The notes: generated by a model not told the origin, from the letters alone. A stretch of DNA of 64,000 nucleotides from Dehalococcoidia bacterium (GCA_965207225.1 CBDBLV010000004.1:640001-704000), one strand, 5' to 3'; shown: positions 43,693-54,195, numbered from the stretch's first letter. Numbers and translations are program-made.

Positions 43693-45066
43693 CTGAAGAT
43701 AACAGTAATTGGGCTAGGCCGTGTCGGAACGGTTGTCGCCACAGGGCTGGCGACGGCGGGCCATAACGTGCTGGGCGTAGACATCGACCATGATCGGGTG
43801 ACCACCCTTCGTCAGGGCAGGCCTCCATTCTACGAGCCGGAGCTGGCCGAACGGATAACCTTAGCCTCACGGGACAGCGCACTCCGGTTCCTGCACAGGG
43901 ATGAAGTGAATGAGGGCTTGGGGGAGATCGCCGTCATAACCGTCGGCACTCCTCCAGGGCAGGAATCCGCTCCCGACCTACGGCAGGTCCGGGACGCCAT
44001 GTCCTGGGTCAGGTCCATGAGCCCCCGGGGCTTGGTCATCGTCATGAAAAGCACGGTGCCTCCCAGTACAGGATTGAACCTGGTGAAGGAGGAACTGTTG
44101 GGGACAAGCATCCGCTACGTGTCCAACCCAGAATTCCTCCGGGAGGGCCAGGCAATACATGACTGGGATTCTCCCGACCGCATTGTCATCGGAGTCGCTC
44201 CGAATGACGTACGGTCCACCGAGGTCGTGAGACGGATGCACGCCGGTATCGATCCTCCGTTTCTGGTCACCGATGTCACCAGTGCGGAGATGGTCAAGTA
44301 CGCCAACAATGCCTTCCTGGCCACTCGGATTTCCTTCATCAACGAGATTGCAGCCCTGTGCGACTCGTTCGGAGCCTCCATTGACGCCGTGGCCGAAGGC
44401 TTGGCGATGGATTCTAGGACCGGGAGCAAAATCCACGCCGGGGTAGGCTATGGCGGGTCATGCCTACCAAGGGACGTTCGGGCGTTGGACCTGTTGTCTT
44501 CCACTGGAGGGGTGAAAGCGGAGTTGCTCCGGGCGGTGACCAGCGTGAATGATCAGCAGAGGCTACTGCCTTTTCGTGCCCTGCAGAAGCGGTTCGACGG
44601 TCATATCGCCGGACTTAGGATCGGCGTCTTGGGACTGGCCTTCAAACCGGGCACCGAAGATGTCCGGGATGCGCCAGCACTGGAACTGATACGGTCCCTC
44701 GTCGCCGAGGACGCATCGGTAACAGTCTTTGACCCCCACGCCGGTGGACCTGCCAAAGGGCAACTTCCGCCCTCAGCGCGGCTGGTTGATGGGGCGGAGG
44801 AAGCCGCAGATGGTACACAAGCGCTGTGCCTGGTTACCGAGTGGGAGGAAATCGTGGAGGCTGATTGGCAGGCTGTGGCTCGTGGAATGGTTCCACCGCG
44901 TTTTATCTTCGACGGAAGGAACGTCCTAGACCCCCGCCAGATGCGCAGTCTGGGGTTTGAGTACGCAGGAGTGGGGAGAAACGGCGTCAGCACGGGGGAT
45001 CTCGCCGTTGGCACTGGCCAGTCCAAGAGCGACGGCGCAGGCGTCGGAGGCCAGGATGACTGCTGA
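43693..45066 (+). CDS. UDP-glucose/GDP-mannose dehydrogenase family protein
   Basis: (M)KITVIGLGRVG from CTG at 43693; KSTVP, SNPEFLREG, GYGGSCLPRD, GLAFKPGT.D.R. Confidence 0.92.
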   Translation: MKITVIGLGRVGTVVATGLATAGHNVLGVDIDHDRVTTLRQGRPPFYEPELAERITLASRDSALRFLHRDEVNEGLGEIAVITVGTPPGQESAPDLRQVRDAMSWVRSMSPRGLVIVMKSTVPPSTGLNLVKEELLGTSIRYVSNPEFLREGQAIHDWDSPDRIVIGVAPNDVRSTEVVRRMHAGIDPPFLVTDVTSAEMVKYANNAFLATRISFINEIAALCDSFGASIDAVAEGLAMDSRTGSKIHAGVGYGGSCLPRDVRALDLLSSTGGVKAELLRAVTSVNDQQRLLPFRALQKRFDGHIAGLRIGVLGLAFKPGTEDVRDAPALELIRSLVAEDASVTVFDPHAGGPAKGQLPPSARLVDGAEEAADGTQALCLVTEWEEIVEADWQAVARGMVPPRFIFDGRNVLDPRQMRSLGFEYAGVGRNGVSTGDLAVGTGQSKSDGAGVGGQDDC

Positions 45067-45997
45067 AGGGCGCGTCCTAATCACCGGTGTGGCCGGATTC
45101 GGCGGCTCCCGCCTGGCCGGAGCCTTACTGGAGCTCGGCTACAGTGTGACCGGCCTGGACATTGTGGCCCCTGGGCACGCTGACCTACTGCGTCGAGAGC
45201 TGTCCAATCCAAGGTTTCACTATCTCTGGAAGGGTATCCAGGACATCCAGGCTAAGGACATCGAGGGCCATTCGGTGGTGGTGCACCTTGCGGCCCAGCC
45301 GGACGCCCCACTCGCTTTCGAGTCGCCCCGGTACACGGTCATTCAGAACATCGAGGGCACTGTCGCCCTGCTGGAAGCGGTGCGGCAGGCAGACTGCGTA
45401 TCGAAGCTGATGTTTGCGGGGTCCGGCAACGAGATAGGGCGAGCCTTGTACCTGCCAATCGACGAAGACCATCCGTTGACTCCTCACAATCCATACGGGT
45501 TCTCGAAGGCAGCGGCCGAGATGGCATTGGGGGCATGGCGCCTCGCCTATGAAATCCCGTCAATGGTCATGGGCACAGGCGTCGTGATCGGCCCCAACAT
45601 GCGCAGAGAGGTATTCGTATTCAAGTGGCTGTGGACCGCGCTGCATGGCAAGCCCATAGTGGTCGAGGGCGGTAAGCAGACTCGCGATGTGGCATTCATC
45701 GATGACGTAGTTAGGGCTTGGACACTCGCAATTCAGGCTCCCGTTGAAGAGGTCGTGGGGCAGAAGTTCCTCGTAGGCTCTGGTCAGGAACACTCTATCG
45801 ACGACCTCGCAAGATTCTGCCGGGATAGCGCAGGGAATGACGTCCCAATCGAGTACGTGGGTTACCGTCCTGGAGAAGAAGGACACAGAGAGGCGTTCAG
45901 CGTGGAGAAGGCCCAGAGGGTGCTAGGCTACACTCCCCAGGTCTCACCCAGAGAAGCTATCGGACTAACCGCCGAGTGGGTGCGAACGCTGCTCTAG
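45056..45997 (+). CDS. NAD-dependent epimerase/dehydratase
   Basis: VLITGVAGFGG, VHLAAQ, YGFSK, GKQTRD. Confidence 0.9.
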   Translation: MTAEGRVLITGVAGFGGSRLAGALLELGYSVTGLDIVAPGHADLLRRELSNPRFHYLWKGIQDIQAKDIEGHSVVVHLAAQPDAPLAFESPRYTVIQNIEGTVALLEAVRQADCVSKLMFAGSGNEIGRALYLPIDEDHPLTPHNPYGFSKAAAEMALGAWRLAYEIPSMVMGTGVVIGPNMRREVFVFKWLWTALHGKPIVVEGGKQTRDVAFIDDVVRAWTLAIQAPVEEVVGQKFLVGSGQEHSIDDLARFCRDSAGNDVPIEYVGYRPGEEGHREAFSVEKAQRVLGYTPQVSPREAIGLTAEWVRTLL

Positions 45998-46636
45998 CCC
46001 TTTCCAAATGAAGTGGAGTCGTTCCCCGCATCGCCATAGCAGCAGCCCATCCAGATAGTCCGGCCAACCGATCTCGTCTACCGGCAACCTGTAAAGGTGT
46101 GCGACTAGAACTGCCAATATGGCGTCGTGGGTCACGTAGATGTTCAGGCGTCCACAAGCCTGAAGGTCGGTGGTCGTTAGCCGCAGTAGCAGGTCGATAC
46201 CCTCAGCAGTTGGCCTCATGCCGACGGGAGGATTGGCACGGGTGAGTTGGCGCCTCACTATCTCCAATATGCCGATTTCCAGAAAGAGCGCTCCGCTAAC
46301 TTCCGAATCCACGACGAAGGGACCGGGGTCTCCTAGCCGCCAATCTGGGACAATCTCTTCGGGCAACGCACCACCACGCAAGATCGCCTGCGCCGTCGAT
46401 TTACATCTGGGCACGGGGCTGGTGATGACCCTTGTACAGTGCCTTATGTGGGACAGCGCAGCTCCAAGTCTTTCCGCCGAGGCGACTCCATAGGCGGTCA
46501 GGGGCACGTCCACTCCGAATGTCCCTGGAGGAATGTCCTCGCGCTCTGCGTGTCTCAGAACGAGTGCGGCGTCAGCTTCAGCCGGTATGCTCCCAAGCTG
46601 TTCTTTGATCCACGACGCTCCGTCAGTGTCGGTCAT
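45965..46636 (-). CDS. Histidine phosphatase family protein
   Basis: LRHAER, LT..G, TSPVPRCKSTA, VTHD. Confidence 0.85.
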   Translation of the reverse strand: MTDTDGASWIKEQLGSIPAEADAALVLRHAEREDIPPGTFGVDVPLTAYGVASAERLGAALSHIRHCTRVITSPVPRCKSTAQAILRGGALPEEIVPDWRLGDPGPFVVDSEVSGALFLEIGILEIVRRQLTRANPPVGMRPTAEGIDLLLRLTTTDLQACGRLNIYVTHDAILAVLVAHLYRLPVDEIGWPDYLDGLLLWRCGERLHFIWKGLEQRSHPLGG

Positions 46637-48324
46637 GACGCTCTGGCGCGGATGATGGAACTTACGGCCACTGTCTCGATCATGTCGAGCAGGTCGAAGC
46701 CCGCCTCACGCAGGATGTTCCTGAACTGCTCCTCCGTGCGTTCAGCCCCTTGCGTCATCACGAGCATGTTCAGGTCCAATAGACCGCCCTCGCCAGTCTC
46801 TTCGCCCAGCACCATCTCGATCACATAGAGCGTGCCGTCTTTTGGCATTGCTTCGCGGGCGCGCTTCAGAATTCGCAGCGCGTTATGGTCGGGCCAGTCG
46901 TGGAGCACCCTCGCCAGAATCACGGCATCCGACGTAACCGGCCATTTCTCAAAGAGATCTCCTCCGACGAATCGGCACCGCTCTGCAAGGTCTGTGGGCG
47001 GTCTGGCGACCCTAACCACCTCCGGCCTGTCCATTACTATTGAACCCAGTCCTGGGCAGGAACGCAGCAACGCGAATGCCAACTCGCCGGTGCCGCCCCC
47101 AGCATCCAGAATGCTGTCGTGGGCACCGAATTCCACCGAGCGGGCAAGGCCCGGGTAGTCGTGTCTTGCGTAGGTCGACATGGCCGAATGGTAGGCTTGT
47201 AGATCGGTGGGCCTGTCCTGAATCCAGTCGAAGAAGTTCTTGCCTTGCATTCTCTCGAAGGCGGACTCTCCGGTCCGAAGTGACCGGGCAACCCCGGACC
47301 AAGCTTCGTAAGATTCTTTGCCCCAGTGTCGAGACGCATCCGCAAGTGAGAAGGGGTGACTTCGCACGAGGAGCGCCCCGCGCTCGGTTGGATGGTAGAT
47401 GCCCTCCGCATCCCTCAGCACGAGTCCCAACTCTGTGAGCGCCCTCATCAATCTAACCCCAACCGACGTGTGCAACTGGGCCTTTCGCTCAATCTGTTCC
47501 GCCGATGCGGGCAGGGACTCGAACACGCCCAGTTCCACCGCAGCATGAATCGTCTGGGTCCGCCAGAGACCGACCATATCGCCTGACAGCCCTTCAAGAT
47601 GTGATTGCGATGGCCTCCTGAGCTCCAGTACAAGCAGGCCCGACTCGTTGATTACCGACAGGGAGCCGTCGAAACCCTCCACGCGGGCCTGCCCGTTGTA
47701 GAACGGCTCCACGCTCTTGAAACGCTCTCTGTACAAGGGCTTCCCCATCATGTCCACATGGTGCCAGCCTTCTGAGTCCCGGGCGCGCGCGTACCGCTTG
47801 TGGAACACGTCCAGGTCTTGGAACCATTGACCATGGAGTGGAACGCCAGAGGCGTCTATGTGGGTGTGTCTACCGTCCTCACGTTGAACAACCGCGTAGC
47901 CGTCCTTGAAGTCTCCGGCGTACCGGTAGCGTTCCCCGTATGCAACTGAGCCATCGCCTGTAATGTGGAGGTAGTCACCGCCAACCAACCGGACGGCGCA
48001 TCTGTCCTCCTGGAAGTTGCCGCACCAGGTGTAGCGCTTCTCGTACAAGGGATTCCCTTCCGGGAGGATATGGACCCAACCATCCTCCGAATGGACCGCT
48101 GCCCGGCCCTCGTAGAATCCAAAGGTTCTGACATAGCGCGGTTCGTAGGCTGCCAGCCCGTCGGGGGTGATGTGGTACGCGCCTGAGCCGTCAAGAACGG
48201 GAGCCAATCCTGGTTCATGGAACTTCAGCACCTCGCGGAATCTCGACGAATAGGCCGACCCTCCCCGATAGACGTGATGGGATGCGTCTTCGGATATCCC
48301 GAAACTGCGCCAGCGATCTTTCAT
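46633..48324 (-). CDS. WG-repeat / O-methyltransferase fusion protein
   Basis: N-terminal F.EG.A.V...GW.HI repeats; wHTH dimerisation domain; LDAGGGTG, GGDLF, LARVLHDWPD. Confidence 0.85.
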   Translation of the reverse strand: MKDRWRSFGISEDASHHVYRGGSAYSSRFREVLKFHEPGLAPVLDGSGAYHITPDGLAAYEPRYVRTFGFYEGRAAVHSEDGWVHILPEGNPLYEKRYTWCGNFQEDRCAVRLVGGDYLHITGDGSVAYGERYRYAGDFKDGYAVVQREDGRHTHIDASGVPLHGQWFQDLDVFHKRYARARDSEGWHHVDMMGKPLYRERFKSVEPFYNGQARVEGFDGSLSVINESGLLVLELRRPSQSHLEGLSGDMVGLWRTQTIHAAVELGVFESLPASAEQIERKAQLHTSVGVRLMRALTELGLVLRDAEGIYHPTERGALLVRSHPFSLADASRHWGKESYEAWSGVARSLRTGESAFERMQGKNFFDWIQDRPTDLQAYHSAMSTYARHDYPGLARSVEFGAHDSILDAGGGTGELAFALLRSCPGLGSIVMDRPEVVRVARPPTDLAERCRFVGGDLFEKWPVTSDAVILARVLHDWPDHNALRILKRAREAMPKDGTLYVIEMVLGEETGEGGLLDLNMLVMTQGAERTEEQFRNILREAGFDLLDMIETVAVSSIIRARAS

Positions 48325-49400
48325 GACTCAGCCGGCCGTCGCATGTTGCACCCCTGGCACAGCGCGTTCCGCATGTAGTTGACTTCAAGGTTTCTGTACG
48401 CCGCACTCTCCCAGATGTCGTACAGGCTCGTGTCGTTTACGTTGCCGAAGTAGCCGAGCGTCCGGCGCAGCACGTCCGGGGCGCAGCAGGGATTGAATCG
48501 GCCATCGGAGGCAACCCACGCCTCCTGTCCGAGAAACGGGCATTCACCATCTGGGGTGATGTCGCCCTCGCCGTTCTTGTCCAGCCTGAAGATATTCTCC
48601 AACAGCACACGGTCGCCGTTCGGCAGCCTGTGACGCTCAGCAACCTCGTAGGCCGAATCCACAACGGCGTTCCAATGGGCGATGGCGTCTTGGCTTCTAC
48701 GCATCGACTGGAAGCGCATCTGCTTGAAGTGGACCCAAAGATGATGACCCTTCACCCTGTCCACACCAAGATCAGCAGCCAGCTTCACTATGCCGGGCAG
48801 CTCTGAGACGTTGATTTCCATGAATGTCAGCTGGAACGTCACGCGGCAGTGATTGCCGCCTCGTGCTGCGTGGGCGTCCCTGACCCCAATGAACGTACGA
48901 ACGTTTTCCACAACGGTCTCCCAGTTCGATCCCAGCATGACGTTCTCGTGCGTCGCTTTCGTTGCGCCGTTCCACGACACCTTCATGTCGGACGTGACGG
49001 GTACGATCCGCTCGGCCCACGCTCTAGCTCCGCGCTTGGGAAAGGTGCCGTTCGTCGTCAGGTTGAGCTTGACTCCGTACTCCGCGCAGAGATCCAGGAT
49101 CTCGTCGAAGTGCCGGTACAGCAGCGGTTCGCCCATGGTGGAGGGTATGATTTCGCGCAGCCCCGTGCCCCTGGACTCCTCCATCACCCTGCGGATCAGA
49201 TCGAAGTCCATTCGACGCTTGGGGCGTCCTGCCTCCCGTCTGTCGGTCTGAGTCGTGCTGTAGGGGGAATGGTCCTCGCACATGATGCAGTGGAGGTTGC
49301 AGTCGTCGGGATTAGTGTCGAAGGTGATCCGCCAGGGACCGGACCGATCCTGTGCAGTCCCGGCAAAACTTGCGTTCTTTTCGACGGTGGCTTCAGTCAT
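48321..49400 (-). CDS. Radical SAM protein with SPASM/twitch domain
   Basis: CNLHCIMC, MGEPLL, TTNGT, CPFLG....DG.FNPCC, GNV, CQGC. Confidence 0.9.
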   Translation of the reverse strand: MTEATVEKNASFAGTAQDRSGPWRITFDTNPDDCNLHCIMCEDHSPYSTTQTDRREAGRPKRRMDFDLIRRVMEESRGTGLREIIPSTMGEPLLYRHFDEILDLCAEYGVKLNLTTNGTFPKRGARAWAERIVPVTSDMKVSWNGATKATHENVMLGSNWETVVENVRTFIGVRDAHAARGGNHCRVTFQLTFMEINVSELPGIVKLAADLGVDRVKGHHLWVHFKQMRFQSMRRSQDAIAHWNAVVDSAYEVAERHRLPNGDRVLLENIFRLDKNGEGDITPDGECPFLGQEAWVASDGRFNPCCAPDVLRRTLGYFGNVNDTSLYDIWESAAYRNLEVNYMRNALCQGCNMRRPAES

Positions 49401-49404
49401 TGTC

Positions 49405-50706
49405 CTAACCTCTGGATATCAAGTGGTCGTAGATTCTCTCAACAGCAAGGGAGTGCTCTAGCATGCCTCGAACGTTACCGTCGTCCGACTGCACGTAACC
49501 CCTTCTGCCCAACCGATCCGCGAGCCGTGTGTCGTCAGCCAATCGCTGCATTTGCTGCGCCAGGGAGTCGGCGTCGCGATGAGCGAACAGCAGGCCGTTC
49601 CGTTCGTGATGGACATACTCGGCCATCCCACCGTAGTCGGCCGTAATCACGGGAACCCTGGCCTGCAACGCCTCGTGAATGACGAGGGGGGAGTTTTCCG
49701 CCCAAATCGAGGGCACTACAACTGCATCGCAGCGGTTGAACACGTCGGCAACGATGTCTTGGTTCCTGTACTCGCCCATCCACTCAATTCGATTGCCCGC
49801 GTAGTCGGGCAGGCTTTGCGCCAATGCCTTCAGTCCCTCGGTCTCGACGCCTCGGTGGCGTCCCCAGATTCGAAGCCTGGAACTGCCGGACACGCTGCCG
49901 AATGACTCTATGAGGTGGTTCACTCCCTTCGCCGGTATGTGTGTCCCGATGTAGCCGAAGGTAAACGGCTCGCCCGGTATCCTGTTTCGTCCCTCCATGC
50001 GCCGCCGGTGGAAGCCGTAGTCGAGGTAGGTGAGCTTCTTATCGGGGATTCCGAAGTCGTCTCTGAATCGCCTCAGAAGATACCTTGACGGTGCAATGAA
50101 CATGTCCACGGCATCGCACACCTTGCGGACATGAGCCATGCGCCTGCCCACCCATCCCGTCCAGTAGGCAGCATCCTCCTCGTGCTCCTCCTCACTGCCT
50201 GAGAAGTAGCGCACGTAACAGCGGACGGCGCACTTCCTGTCGTCCTGCCCGTCGCAGACGGCCCAGACGTCCATAGGGTCCCGAGGATACATCTGGATGA
50301 ACTGACCCCTCGGACACATCAGCCAGTAGTCGTGGAGCGTGAATACGATGGGGATCCGTCGCTCTCTGGCCTCGAACACAAACGAGGTGGACAGATGGTT
50401 CAGGTGTCCCACGTGGACTACTTCCGGGCGAATCTCATCCAGCAGACTTGCGAAAGTGGAGTCTACTGCCGGGTGGCGGTATCCGTCCCGCGCTCTTGCC
50501 ATGTTGACGACGTGAAGGGCGATTCGGGGGTCGGACGGATCGGTCTCGCGCTGCATGGCGTATTCGGGAAGGAATGCATTCTCCTGCCTCGTGAAGACGT
50601 GCACTTCGTGACGCTCTGCAAGTGCTTGAGCCAAGCCCTGGCTGTACACCTCGGACCCGGCATTGTACCGCATCGGATAACCATGAATGACTTGGAGGAC
50701 CTTCAC
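49405..50706 (-). CDS. Glycosyltransferase family 4
   Basis: MKVLQVIHGYP..AGSE, FTLHDYWLMCP, KGV, VVPSIWAENSPLVIHEA. Confidence 0.9.
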   Translation of the reverse strand: MKVLQVIHGYPMRYNAGSEVYSQGLAQALAERHEVHVFTRQENAFLPEYAMQRETDPSDPRIALHVVNMARARDGYRHPAVDSTFASLLDEIRPEVVHVGHLNHLSTSFVFEARERRIPIVFTLHDYWLMCPRGQFIQMYPRDPMDVWAVCDGQDDRKCAVRCYVRYFSGSEEEHEEDAAYWTGWVGRRMAHVRKVCDAVDMFIAPSRYLLRRFRDDFGIPDKKLTYLDYGFHRRRMEGRNRIPGEPFTFGYIGTHIPAKGVNHLIESFGSVSGSSRLRIWGRHRGVETEGLKALAQSLPDYAGNRIEWMGEYRNQDIVADVFNRCDAVVVPSIWAENSPLVIHEALQARVPVITADYGGMAEYVHHERNGLLFAHRDADSLAQQMQRLADDTRLADRLGRRGYVQSDDGNVRGMLEHSLAVERIYDHLISRG

Positions 50707-50731
50707 CGAAACACCCTACCTTTGCCGACAT

Positions 50732-51238
50732 CTACTGGAGAAGCCTCTCCGGTTCTACTAGCAGCTCAGAGACGCGTCTCCCCAAGGCTCCTGCGATGGC
50801 TTCGAGGGTACGGAACCGGGGCGACTGCTCTCCCTTTTCCACCCGCACCAGCGTCACCCGCCCGATGTCCGCAGCACGAGCGAGGGCCTCCTGCGTCATG
50901 CCGGCAGACTCCCTCATATCCCGGATGCGTGCTCCAAGAGTCTGCCTGCCCTGAATCGCTATCGCCTCGATTGCCGGTCGATAGAATGCGTCGCAGTAGT
51001 GGCGAGCGAAATCCCAGGGAATCTCCACCTGCTCTCCGCTGTCGGTCTCCACCATCATCTCGTAAGGGTTCGGCAATTCGAGGCTGGACACGGCCCCGCG
51101 TTCCTTGATCTCAGGAACGTCTGCGTAGGGTATGAGGCCCTTGGACCCATCAGCGAAGTTGAGCTCGATGCCGTCCTCCAGCAGGCTGGCGGCCGTCATC
51201 ATCCGACTGGCGTTTCTGACCAGGACTGCTTCCATCAT
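50732..51238 (-). CDS. DUF2442-like antitoxin fused to an XRE HTH
   Basis: IELNFADGSKG.I N-terminus; LGARIRDMRESAGMTQEALARAADIGRVTL.RVEKG C-terminus. Confidence 0.75.
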   Translation of the reverse strand: MMEAVLVRNASRMMTAASLLEDGIELNFADGSKGLIPYADVPEIKERGAVSSLELPNPYEMMVETDSGEQVEIPWDFARHYCDAFYRPAIEAIAIQGRQTLGARIRDMRESAGMTQEALARAADIGRVTLVRVEKGEQSPRFRTLEAIAGALGRRVSELLVEPERLLQ

Positions 51239-51241
51239 CGC

Positions 51242-51472
51242 CTATCCTCCATGAATGGCGTCCCACGTTCTTCTGATCTCCTCGGCATATCTGGCATATG
51301 CCCTCATGATGTTCCTGAAGTTACCAGGGGGAGGAGTGTCCATGCAGGCACCCCCGTTGAGCTCTATGCGGCACACATCTTCGTTGCCGACCCAGACGTG
51401 GGGCGGCTCAAAGCTGTTCTCCCTAGTGTTGACGACGAAGCGGAACTGGCCTTCTATCGCCACAGTTGGCAT
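51242..51472 (-). CDS. DUF4160 family protein (putative toxin)
   Basis: MPTV....FRF....E...EPPHV.V...W..IH pattern. Confidence 0.8.
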   Translation of the reverse strand: MPTVAIEGQFRFVVNTRENSFEPPHVWVGNEDVCRIELNGGACMDTPPPGNFRNIMRAYARYAEEIRRTWDAIHGG

Positions 51473-51599
51473 GGGCAATCCTTCCGCTCATCGATGCATT
51501 GTCGGGAGCCTTTGTCGCACTGGAATAGTATCATACAACGACACAACGGGGCAATACATACTGCGTTGGGCTGAGTCGGAGGAGAGGTCCGATTCTTCA

Positions 51600-52446
51600 C
51601 CGACTAACTCCACCGCAGACCCCAACGTTAGCACTCGCCTCAGCCACATGGCCTTGTCCAGTTCCCTTTGAGCCGCCTGCAAAGCCTGCCGCCGCCACCT
51701 TAGGTGGTCCTCCCTGCGCGAAGCGTCCAGCGGCGCTCAGCTTCCCCTCTGCTGTATCATCCTGGTGGTCCTCCCTGCGCGAAGCGTCCAACGGTTCGGT
51801 CTCCGGCGGCAGCGTCAGGCCGTAGTCGCCGAGCATGGCTATCTCCAACTCCCACCGGCGCCCCGAAGGCGTGCTCCTCGTCGGGCTGTTCCTCCGACGT
51901 GACCACTCCGGCGTCGGGTAGTCCGTGCTCCCGTCTGGGAGGCCGCCACTCCCTGCGCCGACCATCGCCATCACCGACCGGATCAGGCTTGCTCGGCTCC
52001 CGTTTCTCTTCCTCCGCCCCGTCCTCCGATCCTCCAACATTGCGTTGCAACTCCGTCAGCTGCTTCGCCTGGGCTTCGACGGTCTCCGCCATGGCGCCAT
52101 GCGCTCCCTCCAATGCCGTCACCCGTTCTTCCAGCGCCGCTATCTTCTCCGCAATGTCACCGGCCTCATCGTCCTGCTCATCCCCGCCGTCACCGTGCTT
52201 GTCCCTGAACTCCGCCAACGCCTTCCGCATCCGCCGCGATACGTGACGAGACTCGTGGCAGGTCACCATAGTGCGGTAGTTCACCCCCAGGGCCTCCGCA
52301 GCAGCCACCTTGCTCCGGTCATTCATCATAGCGTCCAGCAGGTCCAGTAGGGGATCGTCCGTTAGGGGGGCATCCTATAGAGGGATGCTCTTGCCGTCGC
52401 TGGCACCCTTCGACCCGGCCCCGCTGGGTTCCTCATGGTTAACCAT
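51600..52446 (-). pseudogene. Decayed mobile-element hypothetical gene (HTH-like N-terminus, coiled coil)
   Basis: SD + ATG at 52446; in-frame TAG near 52377; coding sense spread over three frames; 27-bp direct repeat at 51703/51764. Confidence 0.6.
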
Positions 52447-53365
52447 TGGCTCCTCCTTAACTCAGAAACTACAACAGACTACAATACAATCAGTACAATA
52501 GACTTAGCACTGACCCGCAGTAAAACTGCTCGATGGATTCCCTTCGCTTCGCCCTGGTTCCCCTTCATTCAGCTACGAATGTCACCCAGATTGTATTCTA
52601 CAATGTGCTCCTAATCTCCTTACAGCCCTCCCAGGGCGAAAGCCGTCCCTGAGCGATTGTAGTCTGACAGGTCAGCCCATCGGCACTCGGCCAGCCCGAA
52701 ACCGTTGGCGGGCCGATAGCGGCCACGATCCCTCGCTCAATTCCGTCCGTTCCGCACCCTCATGCAAGTTGCTATTTCCTGCAACTGGCCCCTGACACAA
52801 AGTGTTCTGTGATTTGGCCCGGTAGGGAGACGTGCCTCTCCATCTCAGCTTTGAAACAGCGCGAATCTGCAACTTGCAGCGAGTCTGTTTCTGCGTACTG
52901 CCCCCCTGACTTCGAGGAAGCCCCTCGCAGGGTCGTCACCGATAGGAGGCTGACGCATCAGTGGGCCAGTAACCCCTTTGCATTGACGTAGTCCCCTCCG
53001 AGGGATACCGGCTCGCTTTCCCAGGCCCAAACACTGGTCTAGGGACGCCGGTAGTACGGCATCGACGGCGGAAAGGCCAGTCTGCAATCCCGCCGGAGAC
53101 CGAGACCAAGGAGCGGGATGAAAGGGGTCGATAGAAGGAAGCCATCAAAGTGGGTTGCCACGCCCTCGAATGGAGCGACGGCGGCCCACACCGTCAAGCG
53201 GCGAGAGACGCTGCGCATCCTGACCAGCATGTCCATTCGCCCTTCCTGCGGCGGAAGGCGTCGCGGGCTTCGCAAGCCCTCGGGAGGCGGTGCATGTTCG
53301 CACCCGCATACGGGCAGGTGCATTTCCGCACCGCCCCGTGGGAGGTTCCGGATCGCATGTCCATT

Positions 53366-53901
53366 GTTCACACTCCTTTGCAGGCGCTGCGGTCCAACGG
53401 TCCGCAGCAGGCCGCAGGGAGGTAAACGAGTTGGCGCTGACATCGAAGCTCCAGCCGCCTGGGCGGCTCATCCCGCCGGGAACCGCACCGGTCCCGTCCT
53501 GCGCCGTCCCGACGTCACGCACCCCCGCCTCAAGCGGGATTTTGGGCGACTCTTGTCATCGGACCGTCGATTTTCTCCGGTGCGGACACCCCCGCCTCAA
53601 GCCCTCTTTTGTCATTGGAGACCGAACTCCGGCCTTTCAACAGATTGCTCGCCGGTTACGTCCCATAGGGGCCGATCTACCCCTGATTCAGCTACGAAAT
53701 CACGACTTCGACCACTGCGTCACCAAACTCTATTTCCTGTACACCCCCGCCACTGCAAGAAACGCCTCCCCGATTGGAGACCCTCCGTGGCGCCACCATG
53801 CGTGAGGTCTTTTTCAGCGTCCCGGTCGTTCACACTCTCTGGCGAGGGCTGCGGTCCGGTGACCCGCAGCAAACCGCAGGAGGTGAACATCTTGGCGCTG
53901 A
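53366..53901 (+). repeat. ~75-bp hairpin-containing direct repeat (53366-53440; 53828-53901)
   Basis: gttcacactc...gctgcgg-loop-ccgcagc..ccgcagg(g)aggt.aac...ttggcgctga occurs twice. Confidence 0.75.
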
Positions 53902-54195
53902 GTTCGACAGGGAGAGCGACAACCCCAGTGACGCCGCGGCCTCCCCGGCCTCAGCCCGGAGGGCGGGGAGGCTCATTGCGGCTCACCAGCACTGGCTACA
54001 TCGGCGTAGTGGCTTCCAGGGGACTACACCGATGTAGTCCCTTCCAGGGGATAACGCTCGCCATTCCGGTCGCCCACACTGACGTAAAGACCGGGCGGTA
54101 GCCCGCCCGTCGGTCCGTCTGTGCCCGGCGGCCACCCAGGACACCTGTAGACGAGAGGCCAGCGGCCCGACGAACCGCCGCTGCGACTGTGACCC

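Noticed and set aside
53118-54101. 327-aa ORF as a real protein
   Set aside because: Arg/Pro/Ser-rich, runs through non-coding repeats; only its first part resembles a decayed small ORF
54020-54110. Known riboswitch (e.g. c-di-GMP) in the hairpin-rich region
   Set aside because: I could not match diagnostic conserved nucleotides by eye; needs an Infernal/Rfam scan
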